DNA from: Polymyxa betae A26-41
Taxonomy: Eukaryota > Protista > Endomyxa: Phytomyxea
Assembly: GCA_003693705.1 (NCBI GenBank)
Contig: RBZT01000620.1
Location: forward strand, 1-64,000
Direction: 5' to 3'
Length of the DNA stretch: 64,000 bases
In this document: positions 24,801 through 37,783 of the stretch, in pieces
Position numbering within the stretch: the stretch's first letter is position 1
Layout of the letters: each line of letters opens with the position of its first letter
The notes under the pieces: model-generated
Database searches by the model: none
Seen by the model: only the letters and a program-made list of their open reading frames with translations
What the model was told of the DNA's origin: nothing
Position numbers and translations under genes: made by a program

Positions 24801-27399
24801 AACGGGACAATTAAGCAAACATATGGACCTTATCGATTGCGCTGAAATAATCTTTAGCGTCTTTGCTCGTTGAAGTACCCAGACCTTTGAAGTACTTGAT
24901 TTTCCATCCTGAAGGGTGTTGCAGGCGCCATTCTTGATATTCAGGAATCGTGTAAAACGAAATTGACCGATTCCCTAAAATTCTGTATGAGCAATAGCAC
25001 GGGCACATGTCGGGAGACGACCTTTGGTAACTTTAACAATAGGTGTAATAAACTGAGACAAGAACGTATTCATTCTCAGAAGTGAGGGCCAGAAAGTGTG
25101 AAGGAAGTTGATTAGTAAACCTTTAATATGAGAACCATCTTGATCCTGATCAGTCATCTAAACGGCAAAATTTCAAAAACAAGAACAAAAGCAACATGAG
25201 AAGGAAACTGACAATCATTAAGTGGCCATATCGTAGTTTGGATGTGTCTGTATAATTAACCCCTTGCTGCAAACCAAGAATTTTCTTGATGTTGCAAATC
25301 TCTTCATTCTTCAGGATCTGCTGTCCAGTAGCCTCTCGGACGTTCAATAACTTACCTAACAATCCATCAGCAATCTTGACTGTATGTATATCGTAGTGAA
25401 AACGTTACCCTTGAGAGGAAAAACACCATACTTATCTCTTCCAATAATAGAAAGACCACTAACAGCCAAAGCTTTGGCACTGTCTCCTTCCGTTAGAATC
25501 AGAGTGCCTGAATTTGTTCATATTGAGGATTGATTCACATTAACAGCTTACATTGTTGCGAGTTCTTAGTTCCAGCCCAATTGGCATCGTCAAGCTTGGG
25601 AATGCCGAGAATCTTCGATTTCTTGCTGCCATCATTCTTTTTCAGGTCTTTTGTTTCGCGGAACTTTGACCAGGACAAAACCGCGTCCCGGATACCAACA
25701 TCGAGAACTGCAGCCATAACTCTCACATTCAAAATGTCTCGATAAAGACGACTGCTTACTCTTTTTCAGAAAATTTTCACTGATCTCGCACTTCGATCCG
25801 AATGTCTTAGTATTTGAAGTCATGTTTTCCTGTCAAGAATTACAAAGATGTTTTCGATATGAAAAGAGCCTTACCTTCGTCTGAGAATCGAAAGCTGGGT
25901 TCTCAATCAATGCGTTGACAAAAATGAAGATATGATTTTTGATATGAGAGGGTTTAAGCGTTTTTGGAGCTCCTTTCTTTTTCATTATCGCTAGCACAGC
26001 AAATCAATTTCAAAGAAACGCAGCAAGGACATGCTGACCAGCTAAAGCTCCTTTCGTGATCTGATCCGTAATATAATCAACATGCTTTCCTCCTTTGATG
26101 GTCCAGATCGAATTCACGAAAGAAACCTGCTCGAATGTACCTTCACTGGCAGCGACACAAACCTTAATGTGGAAAATTAGCAAAAAAAAGATTGCGAGAA
26201 AGCTGCATCTAGCACCTGCCATCGATCAAAGCTATCGTCATAAACACGTTTAGTGTCAGAGCCCTCAGGTAAATACATGTCAACATAATCTTTGAAGTTG
26301 CGGATCTGAAAACTATTAAGCATCTCAAATCAACACAAACGAGACACTACTTTAAGCTTAGTTCCATTCAAATAAACTTTGACAGATTTATCTGTACAGC
26401 CAGCAACATCGTAAACTCGTTTAACCTAAATCAAAACATTCTTAGCAAGAAGCAGAGAAGACTAAAAAATAACACCATCAGGTCATAAATATCGTTATCG
26501 AATTCCTCCATTCCAAATTTTGCAAAGTCTGGTCGGAATGTAATGCGAGTCCAGTCCTGTTAAAACGTCAAATGTAGGAACAATAACCACGTTATTCACT
26601 AATACACTGGAAGTGGTCGCTTTCTTGACAGTAGGTTCGCTTTTGGCTGACATATTTTTCTCGAAAATCTAAACTACATGGTGAGCAGGGAAAATCAGCA
26701 GTTTGCTTTAGCATTGACCGACCTGTTTGAAATATTTGCCAGAATGACAATCGTTAGTCTCAACGATAAATTTAGTGGAATAAATATTGGTCAACTTAGC
26801 GCCATATCCATTACGACCACCAGTGGTTTTTTTCTGGTCGTCGTCATAGTTTGAGGAGGTCAAGAGATGGCCGAAGATTAGTTCAGGGACGTAGCAATTG
26901 TGTTCAGAGTGAATCTGGACAGGAATTGCACGTCCGTTATTATAAACTGAAATTTCGCCTGCTTCGCGATTGATGTCAACCTACTTACAATTAGCGTGAA
27001 AGTACAGATTCAATGTGACAGTATCACCTTCATTGTGTCCATATTTTCAGGATCTCTCTGTTTGTTATCTGCGGCATTGACAATGATCTAATCCACTTGT
27101 TAAATTAATTTAACAATCATATACGGCAAACCTCATCAAAAATTTTGTAAAGAGCAGGAACAACAGTGATATTACGCCTCTCCATTTGGTCGCCGGCAGC
27201 ATTTAACAACCATATCTGTCGATATTCTGTGGCCTCTACTGATCCAACGTATGAATCTGGTCTCAAAAGAATATGTTCGAGTTGTGTCTAAGAGGTAGGA
27301 GGAGTACGATTAGAAACAAAACAGACAGCAGGAAAGTCGGCTTGCCTTTTTCTGATAAATCTGCTCGATCGACTTCTGATTCGACTCAGCTACAACCAT
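21863..27399 (-). CDS. TOP2: DNA topoisomerase II, multi-exon
   Basis: IYQKKTQLEHILLRPDSYVGS, GGRNGYGAKL, TEGDSAK, PLKGK, MTDQDQDGSHIKG, YFKGLGTS, YHHGE, active site ASPRYIF, and a K/S/D-rich CTD. Confidence 0.97.
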
Positions 27400-28395
27400 C
27401 GCAGTCGTAGACTTTCGAAACGACAGGCAGTATAACGATGGATTGCGACGACAGAGAGAAGATTAGGGATGAAATAGGAGCGAAGATTTGTCGCGACAGA
27501 GCCCAATTTCGGAGTGACCCAGTCCCCATAGGTCATCACTAAACGACTTAGGTCGTCTTGAAAAAACTGCGAAGGCCCGCGCGCATTAATCATTGAGATT
27601 TTAGAATGCGTTTCCCCGATTGACCGATTGGCTACAGCAATTACAGAATTCGGCACGTTGTAAAATAATCGTGAGTGGTTGTAAGTTTCTGGCAGCTTGA
27701 TAAATTCTGTGCGATACCATTTTTGGCTGAGGAAATTTGTATGGACGCAACTATTATTTTGCTAAACAGATGGTGGTCTAGCTGCGCACCAGATGAAAAA
27801 GGTTTTTAATGCGATGGTTTTGAAACGGTAGATATTCACCTATGTCCTTAAATTTCTGAAATTATTTCACAAGAGTACAGGCCCAAACCCAACACAATAA
27901 TGCAAATAATAATGCGCAACTGCGCAGAGTCATTCTTCTGCAAAGGTTCGTGACTGGAGAATCATAGATTTACGACGTATTAATAAAGTTTGTATTTGCG
28001 CGATACAAAGTTCCGTTTACCAACTGAACACGCAAATAAATATGAGAAGTGGATGACATTATAATTGAAGGAAAGCGGCCAGCCATTTGTTCATCAGAAC
28101 CCCATAACGTTATCACTCCTACATTATGTTTCTGCAAATAGGCCCTCTTTATCGGAAAATAAAAATGTACGTCATGCACATTCCACTTCCAAAGCATAAT
28201 GCTGGTTGGACCAAAAATCTAACGAGAGACTGGCATATTTGGAAGCAAAACCGCAAGTTCGGTTCGGCGGGTCATGACCTGCGGCTTCGAATGACTTGTT
28301 CGCAAAGGCAAGCTCGTTATCCTGGAGTGGCCTTCGGACTTTTAGAATTACATTAACTAGAGCGCGACCTCCCGGGGGGGGGACGTCTCCAAGTC

Positions 28396-29293
28396 ATGGA
28401 ACCTTATGTGGATGGCGACGAACGCCAAGGGGAAACTACATTTGTCTACAACCCGGCTATGCATGTTAAACAGGGGAGCGGTCAATCAAATACCGAAAAT
28501 GACGACATCGCGTGCTTGTCGGTGAATTTCTTTCCCGGAAGCGTGACCCAATTCGATTTAGAAAAGATGTTTGCCGATTTTGGCAAAGTCAAAAAGGTCA
28601 ATGTGATACGTAATCGCGAAACCAAAGCGTGTCAGGGCCATGCATTTATTATTTTCGAGGAATTCGCAGCATCATCTCGAGCTTATTCCCATTTCACAAA
28701 ACTGGCTGTGAGTCGTCCCCTTTGCAATTCTGTCAAGGTTCAATACTCAAAAAGGGCGCTTGACAAACAACAATCTTCGACTTTAGTCTTCGAAAATTTA
28801 CCTGAAGGATTTAGCATGCAGGATTTGGAAAAGATGCTTCAGCCTTGGGAGCCATTGCTTGAAATTCAGATTTCGGTGAAGGCTAATAAAGCTTTTGCAC
28901 AGCTCGATTCGCCGGAGAAGGCGCGACAGGCTTTAAAAAGTTTAAAGCAGGCGCCTTCCGCAGAAGATCCACCATGGTAAGTGTTAATCTAGAAAATGAT
29001 CGCTTAAATAACTTTTGCAAGCAGCGCCATGTCCATCCGAATTAAAGCTGATATAATCGAAGAGAAAAGGAAAGAAAAATCGTGGCGTCCTGATATGACG
29101 GCGCCACCGCCTAGTTTACAAGAACGAAGACTTCAGTACATGATGGTAAGGTTGTTGTAGTATATGTGTTTCCCAGACTAAGATGTTCTTGTGTTAGAGG
29201 CAATGGGATAAAGCTGAAGTTAAGTCCAGATATGCTACACTTGATCAAATCTTCACTTCACTTCAGAATCGGCAGCCTGCTGATTTGTTCTGA
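28396..29293 (+). CDS. Two-RRM RNA-binding protein (divergent ELAV/Sxl-like paralogue A)
   Basis: RRM1 with RNP1-like CQGHAFIIF and RRM2 (LVFENLP...AFAQLDSPEKARQAL). Two further short exons end ...TLDQIFTSLQNRQPADLF*. Confidence 0.8.
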
Positions 29294-29819
29294 CTCCCTA
29301 CTCGTTGTGTCTTGTTAAACTTCTCAATCATTTATATAAAGTATCGTTGTTATCGTTAATAAATTACTTGCTGCTAACTTTCTCAAGCCATGTTGCTGAA
29401 GCCCAATTCCAAGAAAAAGTGTAATCTTGGTCATAACTTGAATATAATCGATTAAAAGATGCATTCCTCTCCATGTCGTCAGTTCGATCTTTTCTTTGAT
29501 CGGGCGAGACAGAGCATTACTGATCAAGATAATAATTGAAATAGGAATGTCACTGTTTATGGCTGAAAAAGCTCTTGGGTTTTATTCGAGAAATAGGAGT
29601 TTTTCACATACTCCACGTCAGAATGCAAGCATAAACATCGTCATGCGAGTGTGCAACACATTTTCAGCAATATGTTCTTTGCTATGAAGATCTTCGATCA
29701 AAGCCCTCAGGTCATCCGACAAGCTTTCATCAATTTCCCATAATATTCACTGACCAGTCTTTGACTATCCCTTACCTGACATACTGATGTAAGTTTAGAC
29801 TGACAACGTTATGCAGGTT

Positions 29820-30390
29820 AGCATTTAAATTGAGAAATGGATAAGAGTTAATAGTGCCCAGTCACACAGAACAGTTAGAGAAAGCGATGCAATTGACGAA
29901 CTCGCCAAACAGGCGGCCATGAACGGAGAGCTGATTGAACATGACCCACTAGTCTCTTCATACAAACAAATATATAAACGATTGGAGAAACAGAAACTAC
30001 AAAAAGGTTGGAAATAGAGGTGAAAACAAGCCAATTCACAAACTACCCGAATTGACAGCTTTTTATAGCCAGCTATGCCAGTAGACAGAGTACTCATGGT
30101 AATGAGGAATGCCGATCATACTCTGATAGCCGCCCATAAGAACAAGACATACTGGAAGCACGAACACATTTGCACAACCTTAAGAATGGAACCCAGTGAT
30201 CAATCATCAATGTCACCATTGTGAACGAAACAGCGAAACAATTGAATTTGCTCTAATGCTCAAAGCTCAAAGAGCAACTCCTAACGAATACAGAAGGAAA
30301 TACAAACAGAGAAATCCACTAACTTTGATGAACGCACCCTATACAGACAACAAATTCTTGGCAAAAGCATATGCTCACGGCTGCATATAA
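29820..30390 (+). mobile_element. Degenerate non-LTR retrotransposon 3' remnant (RNase H end + CCHC knuckle)
   Basis: Frameshifted VPSHT...AIDELAKQAA resembles the RNase H C-terminal WVPSH..N..AD.LAK motif. It is followed by CHHCERNSETIE, like the LINE ORF2 C-terminal zinc finger. Confidence 0.55.
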
Positions 30391-30963
30391 CGAACGACAT
30401 ATCATGAACGCTGGGAAACCAGTAGGGGAGGAATAACGGGATGGATGGATGCCTACCCAATCTCTTCGGGTCGCTCTTATGTCCTGATAATAGGGCCGGT
30501 GGCGATCAAAACATATCAAGAAATGGGTGAAATGCTGAACAAACCTGAAATTGGTGTTAAGGGCTCTGCATTATTTGGTCACATTGCACGAATATCCAGT
30601 CAATGCGTTATAGACATAGCGCCTTCTATTGACCAACAATCAATCAACGGAATCCAATCCAATCCAACTTATTAATAGAATGCTCTTGTTGATGACCAAG
30701 AGCAGTTTGATATTGTGTGTTGATATCGATATTGTCAGACTTTGGCGGTGGATGAGACACGTCCTCCAACTTCTCACCGTCCCAACATCTATCAATACTA
30801 TGTCTGTTGATATCAGGTTGTCAGGTTTATGATTTGATACTGATATTCTTTGTTGTGAAAGATTGCGATGCTGATCAAGTTAACTGCTCTGAGTGTCTGC
30901 TGCAATCAAGGACGACTTGGAAAAGTCCCTGTTTAGTCAGCTGCACTATTCGTGGCGGAGCGC

Positions 30964-30971
30964 GCGCGAAA
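30964..30971 (-). promoter_or_regulatory. E2F-consensus site (TTTCGCGC) upstream of RRM paralogue B
   Basis: GCGCGAAA about 65 bp before ATG 31037, adjacent to a TTGAA (CHR-like) on the same strand. Confidence 0.3.
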
Positions 30972-31036
30972 TTCAACCGATGTAGTCACATTTAAGTTGT
31001 TTTCCGAGCATACCTGCAGGCTCTCCCTTCTTCATC

Positions 31037-32619
31037 ATGAGGTTCCTTCCTACGCCCGTTATCCAACAGCAACCGCAACATCAATTGACGCCCAGCTCTA
31101 ACTTGCTTGTTTTTTATCTACCCGAATCTGTGGAGAAACCACAGCTGGAGAACTCTTTCTCCCCGTTTGGCTGCATCGAAAATGTTAAGACCATCAAGAG
31201 CAAAGGCAAATGCCTTGGTTATGGTTTCGTCAAATTTGCTTCAATAGATTCGGCCATTCGAGCCGAACGTCATTTTACTTCCATTCCTGTTCATCTCAGC
31301 TCATTTCTAAAGGTCCAGTTTGCAAGATCTCCGGAATCTCATAAGCTTTCTCTTTTAACATTCTCAGACATTCCGCCCAAATTCTCGCATGCTGAGATCA
31401 TCAAGATTTTCGAAGCTTTCGGTCCTATCTGTCAAACAAATATCAGTTGGTCAACAGCTGGATGGAGCGGAACTATTCGACTCGAAACTCCAGCTCAGGC
31501 ACAAGCAGCTATTGGCGCTTTGAACAACTGGAAGCCCCCAGCTAGTACACGGTTAATGCATTACGACAAGTTGAGATATTACAAAGTTAATCTGTGTTTA
31601 GGCCGGTCGTGGTTAAGCTTAAAGCTATGGAGGATTCGCCATATGGATCTCCCATCAATAGTAGCAAGAAAGCTTTTGGAAAACCGTTAATGCCAATGCT
31701 CTCTGAAGGTTCAATTCATCTGCACGTAAAGTTACACGTTTGGCCTTCCCTTAAGGTTTTAATTTGAACAACAGCAAACTGCACCTAAGAGTCGTGTTCT
31801 TGGCTCGAGCCTGAATTCGCCAGGTAGCTCACCTGATTTTAGAGCGTCGAGCGCTAGCCTATCTGTATCTCGTAAAGCAGCATCTGAACATCGTCTAGAG
31901 GTACTATTGATTGAGGTCTATAATACTTCTAAACTGTATTTAAAAGTTATATCAAAACTCAGCCAAAAACTTTCAACGACAAGTCTCTCCTCGTCCGTTG
32001 AATTCTCAAAAGAGAGGTTTCCAGGACAGGCCGTCTATTGCTCCCGTTGATAAGCGGAAGATGTCGCCTCAAGAACCAAAATTTCAAAAGGATACATTTT
32101 CGACCTGGTCGAGCAACGAGGCGCGAGAGAAGCCATCCCGGCCATCTTTTGATCAGAATGCCAATTCTAACTGGTCTCGTAATTCTTTCTCTGTTGCACA
32201 GAACTCGGGCCCTTCTTCCTGCAATTTGCAAAATGATGTCTGGAAGCCACTGTCGTATGCTTCCAATGGTTCTTCTGTTCTTTCGGGAATGCCTCCAATC
32301 ACCAACACTTCTTCCTTTAGCAACTCCAGCCTTGTCTCAGCCCAATCTCATTCATTGTCGAAACCAAATGGTCCAGCCGTCGAGGTTATCTCTCAAAAAT
32401 CGGGTTTTGGGAGAAGCATTTCGTGTCTATTCGACAAGCCTGTGGAGCCAGTGATTCCATGCCGGTTTGTTAACTGCAAAGGTAGCTATTTATTGACCTA
32501 AGCTCTGGTTCTCGTCGGAAACACTGATCTTTATAGAGGAACGAGTTTCTTTGCATCTTTTGTTTAGCTCGCTACAACTTACATCGAATCGGTTGGGAGG
32601 CATACAGGAACGATACTGA
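31037..32619 (+). CDS. Two-RRM RNA-binding protein with Ser-rich tail (ELAV/Sxl-like paralogue B)
   Basis: SNLLVFYLP, CLGYGFVKF, KVQFAR, RLETPAQAQAAIGALN. Downstream exons include ORF 31998-32501 and a last exon ending ...SLHLLFSSLQ...QERY*. Confidence 0.8.
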
Positions 32620-33300
32620 AAGCGCAAACACAAGGTATAAATTCCTTATACATTCTTTCAATCAACATTTGAATCTACTGTCGCCAGGAACTACTGTCAG
32701 AATATTGTGTGGTTAATGAGAAGATGCAATTTTCAAGCTTACTGTACTGATAACAGCATATTCTATTCGAATAAATTTGTGGAAATTTTCAGCGATCCTC
32801 ATCGTGATAATAGAGATAGAAATCATAGGGACAGATGCGAAATTTCAATGAAAAAGACTAATTGTTAGACTGGAAAACAATCTGAAATCGGATTTATTCA
32901 TAATCCGCTATAAAGATACTGACCATTCATATCCAAAGAACATGAGTTGTTATGACGTATGAGTCGAGCTTAGAGAAAATTCAACAAGCCTACGTTTTCA
33001 TGTAAACGAGACTTGTTGTTCTGCGATCAGTTCCACTGATTCGTTCGCCATAAGCTCATGGTACTGTTCACTGCATTCTGAGCCAATTTTATGGTCGGGT
33101 CTAAACTATTGACGACCGGTTAATGATCCTGCCAGCTGCTTTCGTGGAGTCTAAATAGACTCACCTGTAAACGGTATTGTTCATTTTTCACATTTTGTTA
33201 GCAGCACAAGCTCTCGAGCTTTTATCATGGAGTTTTGAGTCTTCGAATGAATAACAGGCCGCGCCTCCCGTCGGGTCACAAACTGCGATCGGCGGCCAAA

Positions 33301-33308
33301 TTTCGCGC
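33301..33308 (+). promoter_or_regulatory. E2F-consensus site (TTTCGCGC) upstream of RRM paralogue C
   Basis: TTTCGCGC about 57 bp before ATG 33366. Confidence 0.3.
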
Positions 33309-33365
33309 TTTGTTGTCGTTTGAGGAGGCGTCGTTGTCTGCCATTTAGTATCTAAAGCTGGAGGC

Positions 33366-35090
33366 ATGACGGCTACAACAGAGACGACAAACGTTCCTGA
33401 AGCGTCATCCGCTGCCAGTGCTGAAGTGAAATCACCCGCAGAGGCTTCGAAAGCCTCAGGCGGCCTTGACTTAACGAAAGGATCGAACCTGCTTGTTAAC
33501 TATATTCCACGATCGATTACTACTACCGATCTTGAGCGTCTATTCTCACCATTTGGAGCTATCGAAAAGGCCCGATGCATAACAGATCGTTTAACAGGGT
33601 CGTGCCAAGGCTATGGATTTGTGCAGTTTAAAACGACACAGAGCGCTGCTGAAGCTGTTTTACATTTTACTGAGCACCCGCCCCCTGAGGGGAGTGCCAT
33701 GAAAGTATCGTTCGCTCGTCCTGCCGATTCTCACAAATTGTCGAATTTGCACGTCACTGGTTTACCGGTTGCCTATACTGAAGATGATTTCAAAAATATC
33801 TTCGAGCAATTCGGTGAAGTTTGCGAAGTCACTTTGTTGAAGACTCCCAGCGGTGAATCTCGTGGATCGGGGTTCATCCGTTTAGAGACGCCTTCGCAAG
33901 CGCAGGCTGCAGTCAATGCTTTACATGATTCTATTCCACCTAGAGGCTCCAGGTTCGTGTATTTCATTTAACAATTCCCCTTTATGTAATTTTACGTAGT
34001 CGTTTAACTGTCCGCTTTGCTTCTGGTACGAAAAGGGAAGCAATGAACCGTGTTTCAGGACGAGGCGGTCCCAGCTACGGGCACCCTTATCCACCTATTC
34101 CTCCAATTCATGCTCCACCACCTTTGCCTCCTATTGCTCCATATTACGGTAGTGACGCTTACAATCCAGCTGCAGTCTATGGCCACACCGCTGTTTCTGT
34201 TTATCCTTCTCAATCTCAGCCATATAGTAACTACTCATACGGAGGGTCCTATAACCCGCACGTAGCAGCTTTAGAGGCTCAGCTTCAAAGTGCTATAGAA
34301 TCGCAACAGGTAGATAATTATACCCCCTGATTTGTTTGTAAAGTCTTCTTAGTATGAAAAATGTGCTTCGATTCGGGACCAGATTCAAGCATTGATGGCT
34401 TCCTCAACTGCGGATCCGACATATTCTGCCTATGCCAGCCGCGTTCCTGCCACTAATGCCGGAGCTTATAGTACAAGCGCGCCATCGTCGACTGCAAGCG
34501 GCAGCATCGGCGGGTATGGGGCTTCTGCTGGAGCTAGTAGCTATCCAACTGCATCTGCTCCTGCTAACGCTTATGCAAGTTCCCCTGCAGCATCGAATGT
34601 CTATGCGGCTGGAACTTCTGTTTCCAATTCTGCTTATGCGAGCAATGCTGCTGCTGCCGCCGCATATGCAACTGGTTCGAATAGCGCTGCTGCAACTTAT
34701 TCTGGCTATGGAGCAGCATCTGCGTCAGGATACGGGCCTGAAAGATCGAAATCTTCCAGAGCTACAACTGTTTCAGCTCCGTCGCCGTATGGACAGTATG
34801 GCCAACCTGCTCCACCGCCTCCAGCCCCTGCACAACAAGGATCGTCTTCTAGCTATGTTCTGTACGTTGCAGGGTTGCCTTACGATTACGATGAACAGAC
34901 TCTGGTCATGATGTTCGGGCAGTTTGGCCAAGTTACGAACGTCAAAATCCCTCGTGATCCGGCGACTCGAATGCCGAAAGGTTATGCATTCGTCACTATG
35001 CCCACACAAGAAGCTGGCGCTGCTGCTATTATCGCGCTGAATGGGTATTCTCTTGGTTCGAGAACTTTACAGGTCAAATTCCGAACATAA
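33366..35090 (+). CDS. Three-RRM ELAV/Hu/Sxl-like RNA-binding protein with UVR domain and A/S/Y/G low-complexity hinge (paralogue C)
   Basis: SNLLVNYIP, CQGYGFVQF, MKVSFARP, NLHVTGLP, SRGSGFIR; RRM3 VLYVAGLP...KGYAFVTM...ALNGYSLGSRTLQVKF. The spliced segment LEAQLQSAIESQQYEKCASIRDQIQAL matches a UVR domain. Confidence 0.88.
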
Positions 35091-35399
35091 ATTATCAATC
35101 TTTTTTTTTCTCTTGTCGTTTTTGAACTTTTGCGAGTTTAATCGTTGAGCTTTGCAGTTTGTGGGATGCTGCACGATTTTATCGCGTCCACTCTTAATTT
35201 CGAAAAACGCTTTACTTCAGATGATCCTTGTTGTCCGGTTCATAGTTTGCGGTTTTCGGAGCTGTCCTGTAAGTTTTATTCGTCCACAGTCTAATTTGAA
35301 ACATACGGTTTAGTTAACAAGATCCTGTTATTGCACTTCTTGTTTGCTTTTTTTCGTGAGAATGCTATATGCACATAATCAAAGCTTTTTCAGCATATA

Positions 35400-36400
35400 T
35401 CTTTTGATTCACAGGGCTCTTATTCTTCGCTTCTCTAGTATGCAAGCGTCGTTTATTCGTTAGTTTCAGCATAAACCGTTTATTGATTCGAAGATGTACA
35501 TAGAATCCGGCTCAAGATTATCTTGATTTATTTGTCGCCTTTCCCAAGCCATTCCTCTCCTCTCCAGTATATGCTTATTGTTGCTGTTGATATTCAAGAT
35601 TCTATCAGATTTGATTGGCATATTGCTGATCTAGACTACCTTCTCTTCATGTATCCCAGGGGTTTTAATATGGGAGATGATATCATAGCGAACTGAGGAT
35701 GCTGTCGGCGAAATTTTCGTCATTAAGTTTGCTAATTCTGCAAATGCTCTTTCCTCTCGTTGCGCCTTCCTGTCTTTTTCTGCCTGAATCTGAGTCGTTC
35801 GTTTGTGCTCATCTAATCTGCGCGCTATCGTCATGGATTCTTGACGTTTTCTATAGGTATATTATATCGATGAAGTTCGAACGTTATTATTGCAAACCTG
35901 ATATTAGGTTTAGGATATCTAACTTCTTTACTCGTTTTCTATTACCTGTATTCTATGTCGACTGCTGGTTCCAGACTAAAACGCTCACAATTAGAAGCAT
36001 ATGCTGGCGTATTGTCGTTGGGCGGGGCTAAAGCACAGTCAATAGCCTCACGTTCCTGCTCACTTAACCCAGGGCGCTCTTTCAGGCGACCTTTCGCCAC
36101 ATGATCCTTCGAAATTAACCGAATTATTCCTGTTGGTTTTATTTGATTGACAACTTCATCTTTCAACACATACATTATCCAAGTCGTTTCAATGTTAAAA
36201 TGTTGCTTTCGCTCGCGTGCCACTGTTTTCGAGATTTTTCTTCTTTTCATGTCGCACTTCTGCTCTATAATTGCCCACTGTTTCACTGTTCTGGCGGCTT
36301 CTCGTTTTATTTCGGTTGTTAATTTGGCATTATAGTACATTTGTATGTCATTACTTACAGACCAAGCGTTCTTTGGAAATATCGCCCAATCATGCCATAA
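35400..36400 (-). pseudogene. Degenerate coding remnant, possibly LINE ORF1/endonuclease junction
   Basis: Broken basic/coiled ORFs (35942-36340, 35631-35834) are followed by RILNINSNN...LEPDSMYIFES, which loosely resembles an APE endonuclease start. Weak. Confidence 0.25.
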
Positions 36401-36544
36401 CTGAATAAACGATTGAGTTTAATTTTGAGCGCAACCTTGTTCTGTTTTCGGGATTGGCTGCTTTTAGAGAGTGACTGATTATTTTGTAGTAGTTCTGGTA
36501 AACAGTACAATCGAGGTTTATATCTGTGAACCACATTGCATTTT

Positions 36545-37237
36545 ATGTCAATGGCATCGTCGGTATGAGCTTATCGCTTACTACTAGCGTCTGCATTCAT
36601 CGTGATTGACAGCGAGGCGGATCGATTCGGTCGAAACCGGGATCCAATTTAGCGGGCGCCCCAGCAAAACCTGTCTATGAACGGCCTGGTCTATCTTCTG
36701 AGGAGATCGAAGAGCTTCATGAAGCCTTTAATCTATTCGACACTGATGGCTCCGGTGAAATTGACCCGCAGGAGTTAAAACAAGCAATGCAATCGCTTGG
36801 TTACGATGTTAAAAACCAGATGGTTTATCAGGTTAGGAGTCTGTGGATTTTATTGAGATTTCCTTGTTTGAATGCTTATCTCTTGCCGTTAAGACCACTC
36901 CAATAAGTATTCTGATTTGTTGTAATATCAGGTTCTTGAATCCCTTGACAAAGATGGAAGTAAGACCATTGATTTTAATGGATTTCTTGATATGATGACT
37001 GCTCGAATGACGTCAAAGGATTCTCGAGAAGACATCATGAAAGTTTTCCGGCTCTTCGATGACGAAAATAAGGGCAAGATATCGCTCGACAATCTACGGC
37101 GTGTCGCTCGGGAGCTTGGCGAGGATATGACAGAGGATGAGCTGAAGGAGATGATTGTGCGAGCGGATCTCGATGGGGATGGCTTTATCAACGAAGACGA
37201 ATTCTACAATATCATGACCAAAAAAATATTCCAATGA
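36545..37237 (+). CDS. Centrin (caltractin), ICL1/infraciliary-type N-terminus
   Basis: [38 protein letters not shown], four EF-hands, [25 protein letters not shown]; 2 introns. Confidence 0.92.
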
Positions 37238-37783
37238 GTATTAAAATAAAAGAGCCATGCCAAAAGTATCAATTGATTCCATTACAACAATCAGAATCGT
37301 CTGCATGTGTTAACGACCGATCCCTTCGTTAAAAAGATGTCATTATTGATGCTCCTGATCGTGCATGTGGCTGAATGTGATTTTGGTAGGAAACTAAGCT
37401 ATTTGTAGGTTGGCCTCGTGTTTACAACAATGCACTAACATAGTATTAATATGTTTAACATGGGACCCGACCATATCACAGTCAGAGTCAACCATACTGG
37501 GCGGGGCCTTCCCCGGTATCTCGCTGGCCCGATCCACGTTTCCGCTCAGGCTAGCCCACTGCTGTCGCCCTTTATGTGTCCTTTGTACCAGTATCGTAAA
37601 TGTTGGGGACCAGCATTCACCAGTATGGACTGGCCAAGCGTCACGTATTCTGGGAAGTTGCCGGCATAGATATGCATTAATGCCTCCTCTGACCTCGTTA
37701 CCAATCGTTGAGGTAACCTTCTCAACTCCATCGGGTCTCTTCATTCTGCAATTTGCCTGATTTAAACAAGTGCAAGTTTAACA

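Noticed and set aside
27449-27470. ACAGAGAGAAGATTAG resembling the U6 snRNA ACAGAGA box
   Set aside because: The flanking U6 sequence (CATGGCCCCTGCGCAAGG) is absent; it lies in the TOP2 upstream region.
36040-36085. ERPGLSEQEREAI in a minus-strand ORF, similar to the neighbouring centrin's [13 protein letters not shown]
   Set aside because: No EF-hand follows and nucleotide similarity is poor; probably coincidence.
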